A DNA stretch of 64,000 bases from assembly GCF_009914755.1 (NCBI RefSeq), contig NC_060938.1, one strand, 5' to 3'. Positions 55,004 through 64,000 of the stretch are shown in pieces. The DNA comes from the human T2T-CHM13v2.0 reference genome, Homo sapiens. The translations under genes and the position numbers were made by a program. Position 1 is the first letter of the stretch; each line of letters begins with the position of its first letter. The notes under the pieces were generated by a model. That model saw only the letters and a program-made list of their open reading frames with translations. It searched no databases and was not told the origin of the DNA.

Positions 55004-56041
55004 CTTTGTGGTTTTATCTACTTTTGGTCTTTGTTGATGGTGACGTACAGATGGGGTTTTCGTGTGGATGTCCTTTCTGTTTTCCTTCTAACAGACAGGA
55101 GCCTCAGCTGCAGGTCTGTTGGAGTTTGCTAGAGGTCCACTCCAGACCCTGTTTGCCTGGGTATCAGCAGCGCTGGCTGCAGAACAGCGTTGGCTATAGA
55201 ACAGTGGATTTTCATGAACCACAAATGCTGCCACCTGATCAGTCCTCTGGAAGTTTTGTCTCAGAGGAGTACCCGGCCGTTTGAGGGTCAGTCTGCCCCT
55301 ACTGAGGGTTACCTCCCAGTTAGGCTGCTTGGGGGTCAGGGACCCACTTGAGGAAGCAGTCTGCCCATTCTCAGATCTCCAGCTGTGTGCTGGGAGAGCC
55401 ACTACTCTCTTCAAAGCTGTCAGAGAGGGACCTTTAAGTCTGCAGAGGTTACTGCTGTCTTTTTGTTTGTCTGTGCCCTGCCCCCAGAGGTGGAGCCTAC
55501 AGAGGCAGGCAGGCCTCCTTGAGCTGTGGTGGGCTCCACCCAGTTTGAGCTTCCCGGCCGCTTTGTTTACCTACTCAAGCCTGGGCAGTGGCAGGCGCCG
55601 CTCCCCCAGCCTTGCTGGTGCCTTGCAGTTTGATCTCAGACTGCTGTGCTAGCAATCAGCGAGACTCTGTGGGCCTAGGACCCTCCGAGCCATGCACGGG
55701 ATATAATCTCCTGGTGTGCCGTTTTTTAAGCCCGTTGGAAAAGTGCAGTATTAGGGTGGGAGTGACCCGATTTTCCAGGTGCCATCTGTCACCCCTTTCT
55801 TTGACTAGGAAAGAGAACTCCCTGACCCCTTGCACTTCCCGAGTGAGGCAATGCCTCGCCCTGCTTTGGCTCATGCATGGTGCACTGCATCCACTGTCCT
55901 GCACCCACTGTCTGGCACTCCCTAGTGAGATGAACCCGGTACCTCAGATGGAAATGCAGAAGTCACCCGTCTTCTGCGTCGCTCATGCGGGGAGCTGTAG
56001 ACCAGAGCTATTCCTATTTGGCCTTCTTGGCTCCACCCTCC
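55004..56041 (-). promoter_or_regulatory. L1 5'UTR internal sense and antisense promoter region
   Basis: GC-rich L1PA 5'UTR. It is established that this region carries a sense Pol II promoter and an antisense promoter. Many CpGs have decayed and the YY1 site is mutated. Confidence 0.8.
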
Positions 56042-56145
56042 TCAAGTTGTTGTTAATGGCTGTTGAGATATGGTCAAATCAATTATATTTTGAAATAGTC
56101 TTTTGGGTATATAAGAAATATATTTTTAAACCAAATAATAAATAA
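55588..56145 (+). pseudogene. L1 antisense ORF0 homolog, GTG start, frame open for 185 codons
   Basis: The translation AGAAPPALLVPCSLISDCCASNQRDSVGLGPSEP...IRVGVTRFSRC matches primate L1 ORF0. The start codon is GTG rather than ATG. Confidence 0.8.
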
Positions 56146-56275
56146 ATTAATTAATGTCAACCATTTACTTTAGCTTATTTTAATATGGCTACTAGAATAT
56201 TTTAAAATTTGAAATTTAAAATTGTGTGGCTTGCATTTGTGGCTCATATTGTATTTCTGTTGGACAATGCTGCTC
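56042..56275. mobile_element. MER3 right part
   Basis: AATATGGCTACTAGAA...TGTGGCTTGCATTTGTGGCTCATATTGTATTTCTGTTGGACAATGCTG, whose end is inverted relative to CTGTGCTGTCCA at 49821. Confidence 0.75.
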
Positions 56276-57243
56276 TGTATTTTTTTTCTAGAGTTGATCT
56301 TATAGAAAAACAAACTCTTACTTTAAAAAACAGCTTATACATATCGAAAAACTTGCATCTTAACAATGACAAATATTTTCTCCCTCTAAATTTACTCAGT
56401 CTTATTCATTGAACTAAGAAATGCTTATTTCTTAGCTTTTAAGTTAAAGATAGGCACCAACTGGTTTTGTATGTCTCAGTAACAGGGGAAATAGTAGTTA
56501 GTAGGATCAGAGAAAAGCCTTCCAATTAATGTTAACTATAAAACAGTTTACACAACACACATGTTCTTTAGGAAAAATGTTTTTAGCCTGCATACTAATA
56601 CACAAGAACATTTAAAATGTTATCCTCTTAAAAATGTTTTGTTTCTCAATAGTTTAAAAATGTATTTTTTTATCTATTTTGTTTTTTAAAGACTGACTTT
56701 CAGTTTTATTTTTAAAACCAGTTGACATACTAAGTCATGCTGCAGACACATGGTCACCACTATAAACTTCAACTATTTGTTTTCCTGACTCACTATGGTG
56801 GTGCAAGAAAACTATTTTTGAGTAACTAGCTGAAATGAATTTTATAAAGCCTACCTATGTTCTTGTGTGACATATCATTTAAACTATTTTCATGTTAGAA
56901 GTTCGTTCCTTCAGTCGGTTTCTTCGGACATATCTCTCATAACCTTAAATAATTTTTAACTATGACAAAGGATAATTTATCAGTTAGTGTGAGTGTTGAA
57001 TTTCTGCTTTTATTTGGCTAGATTAAAATGCTATCATTCCTTTTGAATACTAAATAACTAATTTGCTTAACATGTTTTATCGATTTTCTTGCAATTAAGG
57101 TGGTTCATAAATACAATCATAATAATTGAGATATAATTACATCTATAAACAGAAAGTTTATGTAAGGTATCAGTGTGTTTCTTCTTTAACATACCTTTGT
57201 AGCCACAAAGTCCTTCTACTTGTTTTTAGACCTTAATTCCTAT

Positions 57244-57475
57244 AGTAATATTTCTCCACTAGGGAGATATTGGCACTTGGGGCAGAACAATTTATCATTT
57301 TGTGGTACTTTCTTGCACGTTGCAGGACTGTTAGCCTCTCCTGTCTCTACTCACTAAATGACAGTAGCAAGTATCCAATCACCCTCCCCTTCATTCAGTA
57401 AGACAGCTACTACCCCCATACCACCACCACACATTTCCCAGTATCAGCTGGCCAGTACCATTCCAATAAAAAACC
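57244..57475. mobile_element. MER20/MER20B (hAT-Charlie)
   Basis: ATTGGCACTTGGGGCAG..AATT...TGCACGTTGCAGGA.TGTTAGC...CTCTACTCACTAAATGACAGTAGCA. Confidence 0.75.
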
Positions 57476-57614
57476 TTTCATGAAATTTTTGTCATTATTT
57501 CTCTCATGGCCTTTAATCTATAGTTTACCTGGTAAAATATTATTCATCATCATAAAATACTATACTTTACTATGAAATACTATGAAAATGCTGTGGAAAA
57601 CTGTGTCTCACTTT

Positions 57615-57855
57615 ACCTGTCATTTATTGCACACTTGCTAGATGCCAGGCACTCTTCTAAGTGCTTTACCTGCAATAACTTATTTATCCCTCATAGCAAT
57701 GCTCTAACTTACTTACTACTACTATCCTTGCTTGATAGACGAAAAACTGGAGGCAAAAGAAATCAAGTAATTTGTCCAGCGTAACCAACTAGAAAGTAGC
57801 AGGGCCTCAGTTAAGTCGGGAAATCTGGATCCAGAGTCTGAGATTTTAAACACCC
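57615..57855 (-). mobile_element. MIR (MIRb-like)
   Basis: CATTTATTG...ATGCCAGGCACTCTTCTAAGTGCTTTAC...GAAAAACTGGAGGC...AAGTAATTTGTCCA...CCAGAGTCTG. Confidence 0.85.
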
Positions 57856-58504
57856 TCTTTTACTTACGTATTATTAAAATTAAAAAGAAGAAAGAAAAGT
57901 CTGAGCCACTTTACCTTTCTTTTTTAAGATTCTACTAGAAGTTTTACTTATATATACTCTTTAATATGGTGCTCATATATCATGTTAACTTTTACAGAAC
58001 AGAGTGTGAAGCACAAAATTGATAGAAATACCTCATTCCTAAAAATCAGAATCCAATTATTGTTCTATTCTCCCTACCTCTGCACTCTAAATCCTGTACC
58101 AAGTCCCACTTATGTGTTTTTGGTGGGCGAAACACATTATAAGTAACATGTCATAAATATGCCTCTTTCCATACAATGTGGAAGAAAAAATGATCACTTT
58201 TTAAAGTTGCCATCCACTGTCAATGCAAAAATTACAGTCAGGGCAAAAATTACAAGTCATTTTCTCATGTATTCATTTTTTCTTTTCATTGTTTTATATT
58301 GTAACATAAGGGCATTTCTGTACACTCAGATATCTCTAAAGTATAGTGTAATTTCAGATGACCTAGAACACAGCCTAATATATAATCGTATATGAAATAT
58401 AACTACAATTTGTGTTCTTAGACAAATTTACTAAGCTTGCATTTAAATTCTACCATGTAAAGCAAAACAGTTCTTTTGATATATGCATGAATTTAAAATC
58501 TTTA

Positions 58505-58832
<328 letters not shown>

Positions 58833-59409
58833 CTATGAATTTACTATCTGTATCAATGGAATCAAAATTAGGGTGTTTCTACCCAAGCAAGTACAGTGAC
58901 TCTTTACAAAGTGGCCCTAGAAACTAGACCATTATAAGAATCTAAGTAAACGACAAATTTTCTTTATTTTTCAAGAAATATAATTATGAAACTTTTATTT
59001 AATATACAAAGCTGCTATTTTATTTGTTGCATTGGATCATACCTACATGAACTACCATGTGAGAACTTTTCTTTGTAATTTGTATGTGGAAGAATTTCCT
59101 TTATCCTCAGATAATTGTACAGTTCTTCCTCTTTGTTAATAAGAGTGATGCAATTTACTTCTCCTTTTTACCCAGGCTGAGAGGAAGCACTGGGCAAGAT
59201 ACAAATTTATTCAAAGTGACCATGTTCATCTTAACTACATATTCCTTCACCAGGATATTCCATTTTTAAGCCACTTCAAAACATTTTTAGAAAAACGCAC
59301 AAATAAATTCAATAATATCTATTTACAGGGACCCAGCAGAATTTCTTACCAAAAAGAGAGAGAAATGGGGAAAGTGTGGGGTGGGGGAGAGTAGGGAGAG
59401 ATAGAGGAG

Positions 59410-59492
59410 GAAGGGCGGGAGGGAGGGAGGGAGGAAAGAAGGAAGGAAGGAAGGAAGGAAGGAAGGAAGGAAGGAAGGAAGGAAGGAAGGAA
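59410..59492 (+). repeat. (GGGA)n-(GGAA)13 microsatellite
   Basis: 13 consecutive GGAA units at 59441-59492, preceded by GGAA-AGAA and GGGA units. Confidence 0.97.
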
Positions 59493-60609
59493 AAATGAAT
59501 GGACTTTCCAACAATGTTAACATCACTAAAATTTAGTCAGGTACCTTTTACATTTGTGAAAAACATTTAATACATTAACTATGTTTTCTCCACCAATGTG
59601 TCAAACCAGTAAATCTACCATTCCCTTCACACATTAACAGAGAAGAGTTTCTGTAGAAATGTGCACATCCAGTGTTAATGAAGAAAAACAGCTGACTTGC
59701 TCTTAACTGAAGGGAAAGCACTTATCATTTAGTTCAGTGAATCAGCTAGTGTTACTCCCCACCTTCACTTCTATCAGCAACAAATCAAAATATAATGCAT
59801 GTTAAAGGCATCAGCAACAAATTCATTGTTGAACTTTGCATTGTTGAATCAAGCTCTCTTTTAATAATATCTTCCTATGAAATGACAGACTACGTCCTCT
59901 GGAATGATTTATAAGAATGATTAGTTCTCTATTGCAAAATCTCCCCAATGTTTAAATTACTGCCAACATTTGAAATAACAGAAGAACAGGTGGTGACATT
60001 ACTTAAAAAATAAATATATGTGTGAGTCTAAAATGAAATTTAAAATATTTCTACATTTAAAATATTTGCATTGTTTTTTTCTTTCAGTTTCAAAAGGTAG
60101 TTAGAATGCATGCCTCAGAAATATTATGTTCATAATCAGAACAATGAGTTTTGTAGCCAATTAAAATACATGATCATACTAAAACAAATTCTCAACTTGA
60201 GTGTGACACTGCAGTAAAAACTCAATGCTCAGTTAACCAGAAAATCTAATTAACCACACATCTTATTTCTACAGAATCCCATCATTTTTTCTTTTAATAT
60301 TACATGAATTTCATTATATTCCTTCTAGTAGCTTCAGATAACTATAGTGGGTTTTTTCAGTTTAAAAAATAATTTTCTAAAGGTTTAATTTCTCTGATTC
60401 ATGCTAATATAGATTCATGTGAAATTAGGTTGTTTTTATATAATTATGGTTTTAAATTTTCAAACATGTTTATGAGGCTGTGTCCTCTGACCACGTATAC
60501 GCTTCCATAATCCTCACAGTAGACTAGATAACACTGTTATATACTTTAATAAAACCTGTTAACATTTCTTTTATTTAAATTTACTTGTTCCATGATAGCT
60601 ATTATCCAT

Positions 60610-60735
60610 ACACTCTAAATTTCTTAAGAGAAAGAACTATTTCTTTCAATTTACCTACCAGATCTCCAACTTTATTATAGTAAATGGTACACAGTGGCTG
60701 TTAAGAAAGATTTATTGAAAAATTGAATTAAATCT
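60610..60735 (+). mobile_element. L2 3' end fragment
   Basis: CTCTAAATTTCTTAAGAGAAAGAACTAT...TGGTACACAGTGG...TTTATTGAA...TTGAATTAAAT. Confidence 0.5.
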
Positions 60736-61201
60736 GTTTAATGTGTGAATTAATAAATGAAACTCTATTTTACAAGCACTGAATTTAAAACTTTAATAAT
60801 AAAAATGTGTGTAATAGGGATAGATTACTTCTGGAGGATCTTCTTAATCAGTTAGAAAATGTTTTTATTTACTAGAGAAGACATCTAGCTAAAACATCAC
60901 ATTGAAAATGCATATTTTGAAGTCCATGTATGACGTGATACTGGAGTTTAAGTAAATTATATTTATAATAATATAATTTTAGCAATATATTTAATTACTA
61001 ACTCTACTAATTACTAAAGCCTAGTCCTTTGAGATTACTATTATGGGTTTTATTATATTTTCATATGTCACAGACATAGAACTTTTGGAATAAACAACAG
61101 TGTCATAGTATTTCAAGATTTCATATTTCCGTTATTCCTGAGAGATTTTTAATCCCCTTGCATGTAAATATTTGTGAATTTTCTGAAGACTTTTTTTGTA
61201 G

Positions 61202-63146
61202 TGTTACAGGATTCTTGGGGTGTTGCTTCACCAGCCACATACCTCTGTGGCTAGTAGCACCTTTGCCCATGTTTTGCATGGGCCCACTGGGCTCACTTGA
61301 CCTGGCAGGCTGCAACTGGCTTATGCTACTGATCTGAATCCCAAGCCTGCCAAGAGTGAGTGGAACAGTGAAAAGTGTATGAGTGACTGGGTGTGGGGCA
61401 TGCTGACTGTGATGGGGTGGGCAACTCCAAAAACCAGCATGGGTGCCAGCTTTCTGCAAGGCTATGGCTGGATCGGACATCCCACAAGCAGCTTCCATAG
61501 CTGGGACCAAGGAACATAGTGGGACACAGAAGCTTAGAGATGCCAGGAACCACAGAACCCCAAAGAAGGTGTCACAGACCTGGCTTGGGGAGCTGCTAGG
61601 TCTGGGCTCCCCAAAGGGCCACAGCTCTTCTCTCCTTCTTGTTGCCCACAGTGTGGTGAGCAAGGGAAGGGGCACATTTCAGCCCTGTTTGTGTTATAGT
61701 TCTTTCAGCCCTGCCATTTGGTGGGTCTTGCATTCTTGTCCCTTGCCCAAGAAGAATGGGGTATGCAGACAAGTGGGGGGTGAGCAAGATGGACAGGAGC
61801 TTTATTGAGTGATAAGACAGCTCAGAGGAGATTCACAGTGGGTAGCTCCTCTCTGTAGCCAGGGTGTCCTGATGAGCATTCAGGTTCTCAGCAGAGAAGA
61901 GACCCTGGAATGGGTAGCTCCTCTCCACAGCTGGTCATTCTGTCATCTCAGCTCTCAGCAGAGAGGAGACTGGGGGTGGGTAGCTCCTCTAGAGCTGGCC
62001 ATCTCTCTGAACCTTTCCCTGAGACTCGCCCTGAGTCTGACTGAGTCTCTCCCTGAGACTCTCCCTGAGTCTGGATGAGTCTGGGGTTTTTATGGGCATC
62101 AGAGGGGAGGAAGTTCATGCTGATGGTCCATAGGCAGCCATGCTTGGGCCCAGAAAAAGCACCATAAGTTCCTGCTCTACTCTGCAGGGCCAGCAGCCTG
62201 GCCCTCAAGCTTCAGGCCTTCCCCAGCTTGAAAATGAGGCTCTCAAGGGACCTCCCCCTTTCCACCAAAGAGCCTGTCTGCTTCCTGCTGCTATTCATGG
62301 CACCCAGGCTGTTTGCCCTTGGCCTGCCTCATTCTTTTTTTTTTTTTTTTTTTGAGCCAGAGTCTTGCTCTGTTGCCCAGGCTGGAGTGCAGTGGCACAA
62401 TCTCGGCTCACTGGAAACTCTGCCTCCCGGGTTCACACCATCCTCCTGCTTCAGCCTCCTGAGTAGCTAGGACTACAGGCGCCCACCACCGTGCCCGGCT
62501 AATTTTTTGTATTTTTAGTAGAGATGGGGTTTCTCTGTGTTAGCCAGGATGGTCTCCATCTCCTGACCTTGTGATCCGCCCACCTCAGCCTCCCAAAGTG
62601 CTGGGATGACAGGCGTGAGCCACTGCACCTGGCCAGCCTGACTCATTCTTATTGGCACCAAATGTCCAGAGGGGACCAAGAAAGCAGGGGTCTGGCATCT
62701 CAGCACTGGCCTGAGTGTGCATACACCCAGCCAGGTTGCAACAGTGCCCTGGCTCAGCCTCAACTTTTCTCCCAGATCAGAGTGGGTGCCAGGAGCAGGG
62801 AGAGGCCAGGGAGTGGGAGCAGGCATTTCTGAGCCTGTGGAGGTACAGGGGGCATTCCTGGGCCTCCAAGAGTGTGGAGATGCCTGGGAGTGGCCGCGGC
62901 TTGGACAGGTGCAGCCATACCCAGGAGGGTGGGGCTCCTGGCTGCTCCCAGCCCCTAAGAGCACAGATAGCCTAGGATAGCCTAAGGAGTGTGAAGCTCC
63001 CACCCTGCCAACTCAGAAGGGGTCAGGGCTTCTGCCTGTTCTACTGCTCCTGCAAGCTCTGTGGAGCACAGAGCCCTGGCCAAGCCTTCCCCACTGAAGC
63101 TAGTGTCATGGCAATGGCCACTCTGGATGGGCCACAGCTGCCATTA
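61202..63146 (-). mobile_element. ERV1 solo LTR MER52(A)-like, with nested AluY
   Basis: Starts TGTTACAGGATTCTTGGGGTGTTGCTT and ends GGCAATGGCCACTCTGGATGGGCCACAGCTGCCATTA, the reverse complement of the MER52 start TGATGGCAGC. Contains GGGTAGCTCCTCT x3. The 4-bp TSD is GTAG/GTAT. Confidence 0.88.
62336..62634 (-). mobile_element. AluY
   Basis: Diagnostic GTTCACACCAT, GACTACAGGCGCCCACCACC, TGTGTTAGCCAGGATGGTCTC and GACCTTGTGATCC. TSD GGCCTGCCTCATTCT (62321-62335) / AGCCTGACTCATTCT (62635-62649). Confidence 0.96.
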
Positions 63147-63184
63147 GTATTGCAGATGATTGAGATAAAAAAATCACCTAACAA

Positions 63185-64000
63185 GTGGAAGAAGAGCAAA
63201 ATGGCTGAATAAAAGCCTCCAATTGTTCCCCCAGCAGGAACATGAAACTGAATAACTATTCACATAAGAAAGCACCTTTGTAAGAACCAAAAATCAGGTG
63301 AGCAATTACGGAATCTGGTTTTAATATCATGTCAAAGAAAAAGGCACTGAAGAGGGTAAGACAGTCTTGGGTTGCTGACACAACTCCTACCCTATGCTTT
63401 CCCTGTGGCTGCCTGGTGGAGAGAGAATCTGTGTGTACTGAAGAGCACAATGATTGTGGGAATTTGCATTGTAACTGCATGCTGCCATGTTACAGCAGAA
63501 AGCAGCACAAGGAATAAGAGGGATGATTCCTCTCTGTTCTGCATGCTCTTATTGCTTATTGGTCTGTATGATCCCTCCAGTCCCATAGAAGGAGCATGTA
63601 GACCAGAGGGGAATTGCCCATTTCAGCAGTTAGAATCTGAGTTCTGAAGTTTTGGCTGGCTTCACCACTGTGGTATAAAGCACTTTGGGTTTCTAAATAA
63701 ACTTGAAAGGTGTTCTATACCTCAACAGTTGCAATTCCTGGGCAAGCCTTGGTACTGTGCTGGGCTGAGGGCAAGTGGACTTGGGGTGCATATTACTTAG
63801 TGAGACACCAGCTGGGGTGACCAAGAGAGTGCTTGTGCAATTCTTCCCCCAACACAAGCCAGTGTATCCCACAGCTCCAGGAAAGATGTCTTCCTTCTAC
63901 TTGAGAAGAGGTGAAGGGAGAGAAAAGAGGACTTTGCCTTACTACTTGGATACTGGCTCAGCCGCAGGAGAATAGAGCACTAGGCAGAGACTTGAGGCCC
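63185..64000 (+). mobile_element. Old L1M (L1MA/L1PB-like) 5'UTR, running off the window end
   Basis: GAGCAAAATGGCTGAATAAAAGCCTCC...AAGAACCAAAAATCAGGTGAGCAAT...GGCACTGAAGAGGGTAAG is homologous to the L1 5' end at 3490-3720. Confidence 0.8.

Noticed and set aside
59323-59526. ORF with PSFL repeats
   Set aside because: Translation of the (TTCC)n microsatellite.
61838-61990. Three spaced copies of GGGTAGCTCCTCT, superficially CRISPR-like
   Set aside because: Internal repeats of the MER52 LTR in a primate genome. The spacers are related to each other and there are no cas genes.
61121-63212. Cluster of 60-184 aa ORFs in a GC-rich stretch
   Set aside because: All lie in the MER52 LTR or AluY, where GC richness lowers stop frequency. 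There are no gag/pol/env motifs.

Overview
This is AT-rich primate (human-like) intronic or intergenic DNA, more than half of it interspersed repeats. I recognise no cellular protein-coding gene, tRNA, rRNA or CRISPR array. Nearly every long ORF in the track maps to LINE-1, Alu or LTR sequence. Main contents: (1) a full-length (~6.14 kb) but inactivated L1PA3/4-type LINE-1 on the minus strand (49899-56041), with a perfect 13-bp TSD, inserted into a MER3 DNA transposon. It retains the old 129-bp ZNF93-target 5'UTR segment, has a mutated YY1 site and carries an extended ORF0 frame. (2) A twin-primed, 5'-inverted L1PA (19633-21212). (3) An older L1PA with a probable short 3' transduction (1282-2096). 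(4) Long ancient L1M relics with nested MaLR LTRs, Alus, MER5A and an LTR9-like solo LTR. (5) A MER52 solo LTR containing an AluY. (6) A (GGAA)13 microsatellite. L1s lie mostly on the minus strand, which hints at a plus-strand host transcript, and a few weak candidate exons exist (9432-9521, 13158-13390, 42191-42282). The pattern least explained by standard annotation is a recurring set of AT-rich insertions containing inverted copies of their own flanks (685-785, 1321-1380, 3155-3215, 7110-7340, 32238-32263, 39142-39490). The largest forms a ~350-bp imperfect palindrome. I found no convincing evidence of a wholly new biological system. Repeat subfamily names come from remembered consensus sequences, boundaries of old elements are approximate, and both should be confirmed with Dfam/RepeatMasker.
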